Notes under the pieces: generated by a model
What the model was told of the DNA's origin: nothing
Database searches by the model: none
The model's input: the letters and a program-made list of their open reading frames with translations, nothing else
Shown here: positions 27,569 to 35,803 of the stretch, piece by piece
Layout: each line of letters begins with the position of its first letter
Position numbering within the stretch: position 1 is the first letter of the stretch
Position numbers and translations under genes: made by a program
DNA from: Syntrophomonadaceae bacterium
Lineage (GTDB): Bacteria > Bacillota > Dethiobacteria > DTU022
Assembly (NCBI GenBank): GCA_007127255.1
Contig: SKZS01000064.1
Coordinates: 1-37,497, forward strand
Reading direction: 5' to 3'
DNA: 37,497 bases

Positions 27569-27657
27569 AAAGCATTTTTAAAGGGGAGATTCGTTTCAGG
27601 CTAAACCGTAAAGGCGAAATAGCTTTCCTGCAGACGCCCCTGTTAAACGAAAGCGGG

Positions 27658-28425
27658 TTGGTGGATCATGCCTTCTCTACCCGTCTGGGCGGCTGCAGCG
27701 CCGGGAAGTTTGCGACACTGAACACTGCTTATCACACCGGTGACAGGGAAAATAATGTGTTCGAAAACAGGCGTCGTTTTTTTCGCCTTTTTAATTATGA
27801 TTATCGTGAAGTGGTGTCTGCCGCACAGGTTCATGGAACTGACCTGGCCGTGGTGGATCGGGACAACCGTGGTGAAGGAGCCCTTGCCGGCAGCACCCGT
27901 AAAAAATGCGATGCCCTGGTAACGACAGAAGAACGATTACCGCTAACTGCTTATTCTGCCGACTGTATGCTGATATACTTTGTTTCAAAGCAGATGCCCC
28001 TGGTTGCCCTGGCTCATGCCGGCTGGCGGGGAACACTTGGCGGGATCGGAGTAGAAGTACTCCGTTATCTGCACAATAATTTCGGCGTTGACCCGCAAGA
28101 GATGCTGGTCGCTTTAAGTCCCGCTATCTGCAGGAATTGTTACAAAGTAGACCAGGAAACGGCTGAACTGTTCGGTTCATCCGGCTGGGGTAGCCCTGCT
28201 TACCAGGAACCGGCAGCGGAAGGCGGTTTCAAGCTCGATTTAGCTGCGGTGAACAGGGAGCAGATGGCTACAAATGGTATAAAAACAGAAAACCTCAGCC
28301 TTGCCGGGTTATGTACATCCTGTAACCGGAGCCTCTTTTATTCTTATCGAAGAGACAGGGGTATTACAGGCAGAATGATTGGATTTATTGCCATTCGTGG
28401 CCAATCAGGGGGCAGTTTATCTTGA
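27658..28425 (+). CDS. pgeF: YfiH/YlmD (PgeF, DUF152 laccase-domain) family protein. The true N-terminus probably lies upstream of the first canonical start.
   Basis: HAFSTRLGGCS, LNTAYHTGD, VFENRRR, ADCMLIYF, HAGWRGT and FYSYRRD motifs. The in-frame sequence upstream (27547-27657) is open and looks like the conserved N-terminal strand, but it contains no ATG/GTG/TTG. Confidence 0.85.
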   Translation: MVDHAFSTRLGGCSAGKFATLNTAYHTGDRENNVFENRRRFFRLFNYDYREVVSAAQVHGTDLAVVDRDNRGEGALAGSTRKKCDALVTTEERLPLTAYSADCMLIYFVSKQMPLVALAHAGWRGTLGGIGVEVLRYLHNNFGVDPQEMLVALSPAICRNCYKVDQETAELFGSSGWGSPAYQEPAAEGGFKLDLAAVNREQMATNGIKTENLSLAGLCTSCNRSLFYSYRRDRGITGRMIGFIAIRGQSGGSLS

Positions 28426-29612
28426 AGAATAAATCGAAAAAGAAAAAAACGGGGCTAAAAGTTTTACCCGGTAAAGGTCGGCGTTTTAGTTTTCGGAACT
28501 TTATGCAGGGGCTAATATTTTATCTACTTCTGCTTTTAGCCTTAGTTGTCATAGTCCAGGTCAGTTATCACTGGTTGGGGGATCAATTTTTGGCCTGGAG
28601 GCTGCAGGTTGTCAAAGCTGAACCGGGTGTCATGCAGCAGCAAGCCTCGGCCATTGGAACGGTAACTCGTGGCGAAGAGGTATTAACCGCTCCTGCAGGC
28701 GGAATAATTTTGGACCCTGTGGCCGCCGGGCAAAGAATTTCAGCTGGAAACGCGGTAATAACGATTGGCGTTTTGTCGAAAAGTGATATGGAGGCCCTGC
28801 GCGGCTCTGAAGAGCAGGAACCGGATGCGGAGCTATTGGAGCAGATTATTGATTACTGGGAGGAACTGTTTCCTGCCGGACAGGACGAGAAGGATAGAGC
28901 AGATTTAGAAACAGCAGATCAGGAAAGGGAAAATGACAGGCCAGGGGAAGACAAAATTGAACTTCCGGATGATATGGTATTCGAAGAATTGATAGTTATT
29001 CATAACGAGCAGGCTGGTTTCTTGTCGCATTATTTTGACGGGTGGGAGAATTACCAGGGCCCCCTTTATATTACAGAGGAAAATGCTACAGAGATCGACT
29101 TTGATGGATACTATATTGTTGAAGGTGACCTGGTGGAAGCAGGTGAGCCGATAGCAAAAATTGTCGATAACTGGTCATGGCACTTTAGCGTCGTTCTCCC
29201 TCTTCATCCGGGTCGGATCATAGCCGGTCAGGAGAAAATCGATATTGAATTTGATTTTGCGCCGCAGCAATCTGTTTCTGCCAGGCGCTGCTGTTACGAG
29301 ATTGATGAAGACAAACAGGTGGTGCGAATTACTTTCATTATCGAAAAGCAGCTGCCGGGTTTCGACCAGGTGAGAAGGGCCGGGGCATCTTTACTCTATC
29401 GCCGCCGGCAAGGTATAATAGTTCCAGGGGAAGCAGTATTTGAAAAGGATAATGGCTATGGTGTATACCTGAACCAGGGTGGTCGGGTTATTTATAAACC
29501 GGTTACGATCATCGAACGGCAGGAAGAAAAAGTTATGGTGGAAGGAATTGCTCCTTACAGCCTGGTAATATCCCGCCCTGACCTGGTCGAAGAGGGGCAG
29601 CGTTTAAATTAA
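28422..29612 (+). CDS. Membrane-anchored HlyD/membrane-fusion-protein-like protein of unknown function
   Basis: Lys-rich N-terminus and one TM segment (LIFYLLLLLALVVIVQV). Barrel-sandwich-like halves are GTVTRGEEVLTAPAGGII...GQRISAGNAVITI and IVEGDLVEAGEPIAKIV, separated by an acidic insert of about 60 aa. The C-terminal MFP-like beta-barrel segment is RRQGIIVPGEAVFEKDNGYGVYL...VMVEGIAPYSLVI. TTGA overlap with the pgeF stop. Family assignment is by eye only. Confidence 0.6.
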   Translation: MKNKSKKKKTGLKVLPGKGRRFSFRNFMQGLIFYLLLLLALVVIVQVSYHWLGDQFLAWRLQVVKAEPGVMQQQASAIGTVTRGEEVLTAPAGGIILDPVAAGQRISAGNAVITIGVLSKSDMEALRGSEEQEPDAELLEQIIDYWEELFPAGQDEKDRADLETADQERENDRPGEDKIELPDDMVFEELIVIHNEQAGFLSHYFDGWENYQGPLYITEENATEIDFDGYYIVEGDLVEAGEPIAKIVDNWSWHFSVVLPLHPGRIIAGQEKIDIEFDFAPQQSVSARRCCYEIDEDKQVVRITFIIEKQLPGFDQVRRAGASLLYRRRQGIIVPGEAVFEKDNGYGVYLNQGGRVIYKPVTIIERQEEKVMVEGIAPYSLVISRPDLVEEGQRLN

Positions 29613-29670
29613 TTGCCATCCATAATATGCTGTCGGATATGGTTAGATTAACGGAAAGGAAGGCTAATTC

Positions 29671-30345
29671 GTGCCGGCTGAAAATTATAAAATTTTAAAA
29701 AATAATATCAACGAAGCCGCTCTTCGTTCCGGCCGAAATCCAGATTCAATCACGCTGATTGCCGTAACTAAAACCGTAACAGTCGAAGAGGTGCGAAGAG
29801 CCGTAAATCTGGGCATAACTGATTTTGGTGAAAACAGGGTTCAGGAAGCGAAACCGAAGCTAAAACAGATGCCTGAATTAAGATGGCATTTTATAGGGCA
29901 TTTGCAGTCAAATAAGGTTAAAGATGTTCTACCTCACTATATCCTGATTCATTCACTGGATCGCCTTTCCCTGGCCAAAGAGCTGCAGCGCTGTGCAGAA
30001 AAGTTCGAGAGAAGCGCAGAAGTGCTTGTTCAGGTTAATACTTCAGGCGAAGCAAGCAAGTTTGGACTGGAGCCTGAAAAGCTGCCAGGCTTTTTAGAAC
30101 AAGTCAGCGGCTATAACCGCATCAGAATAAAGGGTTTAATGACCATGGCCCCATTTGTTGACGATCCCGAGGAAACACGTCCCTGTTTCAGTATGCTTCG
30201 CCGGCTGCGTGAAGAAAATATCAGGGCAGGGTTTGCGCTGCCCGAACTTTCCATGGGCATGACCAATGATTACCAGGTAGCTATAGAAGAAGGGGCGACC
30301 ATGGTTCGCATCGGCAGCGCAATATTTGGTCAAATAAAACAGTAA
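29671..30345 (+). CDS. yggS: PLP-homeostasis protein YggS/YlmE
   Basis: IAVTKT (PLP lysine), FGENRVQEA, WHFIGHLQSNK and SMGMTNDY motifs. 224 aa. Confidence 0.9.
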   Translation: MPAENYKILKNNINEAALRSGRNPDSITLIAVTKTVTVEEVRRAVNLGITDFGENRVQEAKPKLKQMPELRWHFIGHLQSNKVKDVLPHYILIHSLDRLSLAKELQRCAEKFERSAEVLVQVNTSGEASKFGLEPEKLPGFLEQVSGYNRIRIKGLMTMAPFVDDPEETRPCFSMLRRLREENIRAGFALPELSMGMTNDYQVAIEEGATMVRIGSAIFGQIKQ

Positions 30346-30350
30346 AGCAG

Positions 30351-30644
30351 GTGGTTATAATCAGGCTTTTAGGAGAAGCATTACTCATATTTCTTCAGAT
30401 TTATTATTTCATTATCTTTGGCAGAATAATTATGTCCTGGTTTATGGCTGGCGGAAGCGACAACCCGGCCCTGGCAGCGATATACCAGTTTGTTTACGGG
30501 GTTACAGAACCTTTTCTGGCGCCGATCCGGTCTGTTGTACCTTCGATTAAGATGGGTATGGGTTACCTGGATCTTTCCCCGATTATTTTATTGATCCTGG
30601 TCAGGATTCTGCGGGAGATAGTCTATCACAATATATACTCTTAA
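30351..30644 (+). CDS. yggT: YggT/YlmG family small membrane protein
   Basis: 97 aa with two hydrophobic segments and the TEPFLAPIR and DLSPII motifs typical of YggT. The start codon is uncertain (GTG 30351 has no clear SD). Confidence 0.8.
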   Translation: MVIIRLLGEALLIFLQIYYFIIFGRIIMSWFMAGGSDNPALAAIYQFVYGVTEPFLAPIRSVVPSIKMGMGYLDLSPIILLILVRILREIVYHNIYS

Positions 30645-30658
30645 AAGGAGCGTGACAT

Positions 30659-31426
30659 TTGACTAAAACAACACCCCTTTCTGAGGGGGAAAAACAGTGG
30701 CAGCAGCATTTTATGCGTAAACTGGCTGATCTGCACAAAGATAAAAAAATTTACACTTCCTTCCTTGATCCCCGCCAGCTTGAACTGGCCGAGGCGGTTT
30801 TAAAGAAAGAAACCGGACTTTCATATATTATATACGGCGGTTATCCTGAAGCGGAAAGAAATATTCTCTATATTTTTCCTGCTGAGCACCAGCCTGCGCT
30901 GCCGGCCCTGAAGGCAGTGCAGGTAAGCTGGTCCGGGGATAAAAGCGACCTGGGTCACCGTGATCTGCTTGGAGCAGTTCTGGCTTTAGGTCTTCAGAGG
31001 GATCAAGTCGGAGACATTGTCTTTACTGAAGAAAACGCTGCGGTGATAATAGTCGCTGATGACAAAGCGGAATATATATCTTCCAATCTTGATCAGGTTG
31101 GTCGGTTACCTGTACATTGTATGGTTATTGACCCCGGTCAACTGGCCCCGGCCAAAGATGACGGTAAAGATGTTAAGGGTACAGTAGCAAGCTTGCGGGT
31201 TGATGCTGTTTTATCTCTGGGTTTCGGCATCTCCAGGGCAAGAGTTGTACGCCTGGTTAAAGGCGGGGTAGTCAGGGTTAATTGGAGGCCAATTAACTCT
31301 CCGTCGATACAGTTAACAGAGGGAGATCAGGTTTCTTTAAAAGGGAGAGGACGCCTGATAATCACCTCGGTTGGAGACGAAACCCGAAAAGGTAGAATAC
31401 ACCTAAAATTGAAAAAATACAGCTAA
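30659..31426 (+). CDS. ylmH: YlmH-like S4-domain RNA-binding protein
   Basis: Position between ylmG and divIVA. C-terminal S4-like segment LRVDAVLSLGFGISRARVVRLVKGGVVRVN. AAGGAG lies 8 nt before TTG 30659. Confidence 0.8.
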   Translation: MTKTTPLSEGEKQWQQHFMRKLADLHKDKKIYTSFLDPRQLELAEAVLKKETGLSYIIYGGYPEAERNILYIFPAEHQPALPALKAVQVSWSGDKSDLGHRDLLGAVLALGLQRDQVGDIVFTEENAAVIIVADDKAEYISSNLDQVGRLPVHCMVIDPGQLAPAKDDGKDVKGTVASLRVDAVLSLGFGISRARVVRLVKGGVVRVNWRPINSPSIQLTEGDQVSLKGRGRLIITSVGDETRKGRIHLKLKKYS

Positions 31427-31506
31427 ACAGGCAGGAAAAGAAAGGCTACTGTCGAAGATTTCCATTAGAAGTAATATTTATTTTATACCGACAGGGAGGG
31501 CTAAAA

Positions 31507-32163
31507 TTGAGCACTACGCCAACTGATATACAGAATAAAGAATTTGAAAGAGCCTTTCGGGGCTATGAAATTGAAGATGTGGATGATTTCCTGGATCAGA
31601 TTGCAAAAGATCTGGAGCAATTAATAAGCGAAAATGCGGAGTTGAAAGAACAGGTTCTCCAACTGCAGGAAAAGAATAGAAATTATCAAAAACTAGAAGG
31701 TACAATGCACAATGCTATAGTTGTTGCCCAGGAAACTGCTGATGATGTCAAGAAAAACGCAAACCGGGAAGCCGACTTGATCAGGAAGGAAGCGGAAAGA
31801 GAAGCCAGGCAAATAGTTGAAGATGCACGCTATCGCTCCAGCAGAATTATCTCTGAGCAGGAGGAACTATTTAAACAGGCCCAGCTTTTTAAAATGCGCT
31901 TTCGTTCATTTATAGAAGCGCAATTATCCAATCTCGAGAGTGAAGATTGGCTGAATGAACGGAGAAGCGAGTCATCAACCAGGGAAATGAAACGAGAGTT
32001 TGAACCAAAAATGAATTACGATTTAAGCGAAGAAAGTAGCAAACCGGAGGAACAGTTCAAAGTAAACTTAAAGTCTGAACCGGAACCGGAACCGGAATCG
32101 GAATGGGAACCTGATTTCGATCTCGACGCTGAGGATGATTACGAATCTGATCCTGATATTTGA
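31507..32163 (+). CDS. divIVA: Cell-division/polarity protein DivIVA with an acidic C-terminal tail
   Basis: TPTDIQNKEFERAFRGYEIEDVDDFLDQIAKDLE N-terminal lipid-binding/coiled-coil signature. AGGGAGG RBS before TTG 31507. Confidence 0.9.
   Translation: MSTTPTDIQNKEFERAFRGYEIEDVDDFLDQIAKDLEQLISENAELKEQVLQLQEKNRNYQKLEGTMHNAIVVAQETADDVKKNANREADLIRKEAEREARQIVEDARYRSSRIISEQEELFKQAQLFKMRFRSFIEAQLSNLESEDWLNERRSESSTREMKREFEPKMNYDLSEESSKPEEQFKVNLKSEPEPEPESEWEPDFDLDAEDDYESDPDI
32077..32112 (+). repeat. Imperfect hexanucleotide tandem repeat inside divIVA
   Basis: GAACCG x3, then GAATCG, GAATGG, GAACCT. It encodes EPEPEPESEWEP. Confidence 0.6.
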
Positions 32164-32183
32164 TAGCTGAAACGAAGCAAATA

Positions 32184-32212
32184 TTGATCTTATCTGTTTA
32201 ACATGCTACAAT
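32184..32212 (+). promoter_or_regulatory. Promoter of the ileS T-box leader
   Basis: TTGATC (32184-32189), 17-nt spacer, TACAAT (32207-32212), with a TG extended -10 at 32204-32205. Confidence 0.6.
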
Positions 32213-32219
32213 TTACGGC

Positions 32220-32470
32220 AGATGCAATGAACGGGACATGAAAGCGGATGTTCAGCTTACCAAGAGAGCCGGTTTAAGGTGAGAGTCCGGTTAAGCAGAC
32301 CCGCTGCAAATCACCCGCGAGCTCCCGCGCAAAATCCCCGGTCGGGGAGAGTAGACGCGGGCGGCCGGCTGCCGTTAAACGGCTTTTTTAAGTGGCTTTC
32401 AGCTCTGCTGAGCAGCCAGGAGGGTGGTACCACGGGTGTATATCTCGTCCCTTACGGGGCGAGTTTTTTC
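32220..32470 (+). promoter_or_regulatory. T-box riboswitch leader, isoleucine specifier (AUC)
   Basis: Stem I elements AGAGAG and GGTGAGAG, AGTA S-turn (GAGAGTAGA) and specifier ATC at 32310-32312 followed by A. The conserved T-box sequence AGGGTGGTACCACGGG lies at 32421-32436, and a terminator follows. Confidence 0.85.
32444..32469 (+). terminator. T-box attenuator terminator
   Basis: CTCGTCCC (32444-32451), loop TTAC, GGGGCGAG (32456-32463), then T6. Confidence 0.8.
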
Positions 32471-32506
32471 GTTTTGATTTAAGAATATAACTAATGACAG
32501 GAGAGA

Positions 32507-35278
32507 ATGAAAATGGACTACCGGGATACACTAAATTTGCCAAAAACTGATTTTCCAATGCGTGCCAACCTGCCGAATCGCGAGCCTGAAATGCTTAAAA
32601 AGTGGGATGAAATTGATATTAACGGGCTCTCCCGGGAAAACCGTAAAGGCGCGCCACTTTATATTTTGCATGACGGACCTCCTTACGCTAACGGAGACAT
32701 TCACATGGGGACCGCTCTTAACAAGGTATTGAAAGATATTATAAATAAATATAAGACAATGCGCGGATTTGATTGTCCTTATGTACCGGGCTGGGATACA
32801 CATGGTTTGCCGATCGAGCACCAGATTATTAAAACTCAAAAAGTACAGCGTAAAGAAATACCTGATGTTGATTTTCGACGAATGTGTCGAGATTACGCCC
32901 TGAAATATGTCGATGTGCAGCGAAACCAGTTTAAAAGGCTTGGAGTTCGCGGCGACTGGGATAACCCCTACCTGACTCTTAGCCCCGGTTTCGAAGGGCG
33001 TCAGATCAAGGTTTTCGGAGCCATGGCTAAAAAAGGTTATATTTATAAAGGCATGCGCCCGGTTTACTGGTGTGCGAGCTGTGAAACAGCCCTGGCCGAG
33101 GCAGAAATTGAATACGGCAACAAGATATCGGAATCAATCTATGTCAAGTTTCCGGTTATTGATGACCTTGGTCTTCTTGGCGGAACTGAGAATCGCTACT
33201 GCCTGATTTGGACTACCACAGCCTGGACAATTCCCGCAAACCTGGCTATTGCTGTTCACCCGGAACTGGACTATGTTTTGGCCGATACCGGCACAGAACA
33301 GTATTTGCTGGCAGAAGGGCTGCTTGAAGAAGTATCCCGCCTGGCCGGATCTGATCAGACGTGGACGGTATTAAAAAGATTTAAAGGCGCTGAACTGGCC
33401 GGCATGCGCTGTCGCCACCCCCTTTATGATCGTGAATCTATTCTGCTTACAGGTGATCATGTTACCCTGGAGCAGGGCACAGGCTGTGTGCATATTGCTC
33501 CCGGTCACGGGCATGAAGACTTTATGATCGGCGAGGCAAACAACCTGCCCATTTTAAGTCCTTTAAACGATAGCGGTTATTTTACCGATGAGGCCGGTCA
33601 GTATTCCGGGATGTATTATGACCAGGGCGGAAAAGCGGTAACCGAAGACTTGAAAACTAAAGGAGCCTTGATCAATAAGACAGACTTTGAGCACCAGTAT
33701 CCAAACTGCTGGCGCTGCAAAAAACCTGTTTTATACAGGGCGACAGAACAGTGGTTTGCCTCTGTGGAAGGTTTTCGCAAGCAAGCGTTGGAGGCAATAA
33801 ATAAGGTAAACTGGACTCCCGCCTGGGGAGAAGAGCGTATTTATAACATGATTGCCGAAAGACAGGACTGGTGCATTTCCCGCCAGAGGGTCTGGGGTGT
33901 GCCGATACCCATTTTCTATTGTAACGCATGCAACACCCCGTTGATAAATGAGCAAACTATTGAAGTGGTAAGCGATCTCTTTGCCCGCGAGGGTTCTGAT
34001 GCCTGGTTTATCAGGGATGCTGCTGAAATACTCCCTGCCGAAACTGTCTGCTCTGAGTGCGGCCATAATGAGTTTCGTAAAGAAAAAGATACCATGGATG
34101 TATGGTTCGATTCAGGGTCAAGCCATGACGCTGTCCTCGAAACCCGTCCGGAATTACGCTGGCCTGCAGACTTATACCTGGAAGGCAGCGATCAATATCG
34201 TGGATGGTTCCATTCTTCACTGCTTACAGCTGTAGCTTCCAGGGGCGAACCGCCTTACAGGGCTGTACTCAGTCACGGCTGGGTAGTTGATGGCGAAGGT
34301 AAAAAAATGTCGAAATCGCTTGGCAATGTAATTGCGCCGGAGCAGATCATCAAGCGTTATGGCGCCGATATCCTGCGGCTATGGGTTTCATCCGCAGACT
34401 TTACAAGTGATATTCACCTCTCTGAGAATATTCTCAAGCAGCTGATTGAAGTCTATCGCAAGATTCGCAACACCACCCGATTCCTGCTTGGCAACATCTC
34501 AGATTATAATCCTGCCGAACACAGTGTTGACTACAGTTCAATGGAAGAGATCGATCGCTGGGCTCTTCATCGTTTGAATAAGCTGGTGGAAAAGGTAACC
34601 AGGGCCTATGAAGAATATGAGTATCATCAATTTTTTCATGCTATCCATAACTTCTGTGTTGTTGATATGAGCAACTTTTACCTGGATGTGATTAAGGATC
34701 GGCTTTACTGTTCGGCGCCTGATGATCCTGCTCGTCGTTCAGCCCAGAGTGCCTTGCTCATTATTTTAGAGCATCTCGTTGTATTAATGGCGCCAATTTT
34801 AACTTTTACTGCAGAGGAGATCTGGCAGCACCTCCCGGGACAGCAAAAACAGAGCGTGCAACTTGCTGACTGGCCTGAACCGGATCCGGTCTGGGCCGAA
34901 GAAGAGCTTGGTCAACGCTGGCAGGCCATTTTAAATGTTCACGAAGAGGTAACCTGGGCCCTGGAACAGGCCCGCAAGGATAAAGTAATCGGCGGTTCAC
35001 TTGAAGCTTCGGTTACAATATGGGCTGATGGGAATACATATGAACAGTTAAAGGAGTATTCCGATTACCTCTCAACACCGTTCATTGTATCTGACGCCAG
35101 GCTGGAGTGCGGACGAAGAAATGCGCCGGAAAGGGCAACAGCGGGACAAAGGGCAGATATCAGCATACTTGTTGAAAAAGCGGGAGGCCACAAATGCCCC
35201 CGCTGCTGGATATTCACTGAATCAGAAGAAGAGCTTTGTCCCCGCTGCAGCAGGGTTATGGTTGAGCTTTCAGGCTGA
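32507..35278 (+). CDS. ileS: Isoleucyl-tRNA synthetase
   Basis: PPYANGDIHMGT (HIGH-type), KMSKS and C-terminal zinc motif CPRCW...CPRC. The second ATG at 32513 (MDYRDTLNLPKT) is better spaced from GGAGAG and may be the true start. Confidence 0.95.
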   Translation: MKMDYRDTLNLPKTDFPMRANLPNREPEMLKKWDEIDINGLSRENRKGAPLYILHDGPPYANGDIHMGTALNKVLKDIINKYKTMRGFDCPYVPGWDTHGLPIEHQIIKTQKVQRKEIPDVDFRRMCRDYALKYVDVQRNQFKRLGVRGDWDNPYLTLSPGFEGRQIKVFGAMAKKGYIYKGMRPVYWCASCETALAEAEIEYGNKISESIYVKFPVIDDLGLLGGTENRYCLIWTTTAWTIPANLAIAVHPELDYVLADTGTEQYLLAEGLLEEVSRLAGSDQTWTVLKRFKGAELAGMRCRHPLYDRESILLTGDHVTLEQGTGCVHIAPGHGHEDFMIGEANNLPILSPLNDSGYFTDEAGQYSGMYYDQGGKAVTEDLKTKGALINKTDFEHQYPNCWRCKKPVLYRATEQWFASVEGFRKQALEAINKVNWTPAWGEERIYNMIAERQDWCISRQRVWGVPIPIFYCNACNTPLINEQTIEVVSDLFAREGSDAWFIRDAAEILPAETVCSECGHNEFRKEKDTMDVWFDSGSSHDAVLETRPELRWPADLYLEGSDQYRGWFHSSLLTAVASRGEPPYRAVLSHGWVVDGEGKKMSKSLGNVIAPEQIIKRYGADILRLWVSSADFTSDIHLSENILKQLIEVYRKIRNTTRFLLGNISDYNPAEHSVDYSSMEEIDRWALHRLNKLVEKVTRAYEEYEYHQFFHAIHNFCVVDMSNFYLDVIKDRLYCSAPDDPARRSAQSALLIILEHLVVLMAPILTFTAEEIWQHLPGQQKQSVQLADWPEPDPVWAEEELGQRWQAILNVHEEVTWALEQARKDKVIGGSLEASVTIWADGNTYEQLKEYSDYLSTPFIVSDARLECGRRNAPERATAGQRADISILVEKAGGHKCPRCWIFTESEEELCPRCSRVMVELSG

Positions 35279-35298
35279 ACTGGCAGGCAGGCTATAAT

Positions 35299-35799
35299 TT
35301 GCCTGCCGGGCGCCAGATACTGATTTTACTTAGGGGTGACCGTTTGCGCTTATTTATTATCGCCGCTGCTGTCATATTAGCAGATCAACTGACCAAGCAG
35401 ATTGTTATACGCAGCATGGACATTGGTCAATCAATAACAGTGATTAACAACTTTTTATACATCACCTATGTTCGCAACCCGGGGGCTGCTTTTGGGATGC
35501 TGCCTTACCAGACTGCTTTCTTTATTGTTATTACCGTGGTGGTTACAGCGCTGGTCATCTACTATTACAGGACCATATCCGATAACCATAAATGGCTGCG
35601 CTTTGGTCTTTCCCTGCTGCTGGGTGGGGCCATGGGCAACCTGATCGATCGAGTTAGCGGCGGTTACGTAGTTGACTTTATTAACTTTACGATCTGGCCG
35701 CCGGTATTCAATGTGGCCGATTCAGCAATAGTAATAGGCGTAGGGATCTTCCTGATTGTTTTTTGGCGGGATCCCCAATTACGAAGCTCAGGGAGTTGA
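35299..35799 (+). CDS. lspA: Lipoprotein signal peptidase II
   Basis: NPGAAFGM, GNLIDR and FNVADS motifs with 4 TM segments. TTG 35344 (MRLFIIAAAV), with GGGG about 8 nt upstream, is a plausible alternative start. Confidence 0.88.
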   Translation: MPAGRQILILLRGDRLRLFIIAAAVILADQLTKQIVIRSMDIGQSITVINNFLYITYVRNPGAAFGMLPYQTAFFIVITVVVTALVIYYYRTISDNHKWLRFGLSLLLGGAMGNLIDRVSGGYVVDFINFTIWPPVFNVADSAIVIGVGIFLIVFWRDPQLRSSGS

Positions 35800-35803
35800 T
35801 TTG

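Noticed and set aside
32279-32482. 67-aa ORF upstream of ileS
   Set aside because: It lies entirely inside the T-box leader (specifier loop through terminator). It is Arg/Pro/Gly-rich, as expected from translating structured GC-rich RNA.
35282-35307. Hairpin GGCAGGC-N12-GCCTGCC just after the ileS stop, considered as a terminator
   Set aside because: No U-tract follows, and it overlaps the possible lspA TTG start at 35299. At most it is a weak attenuator or stability element.
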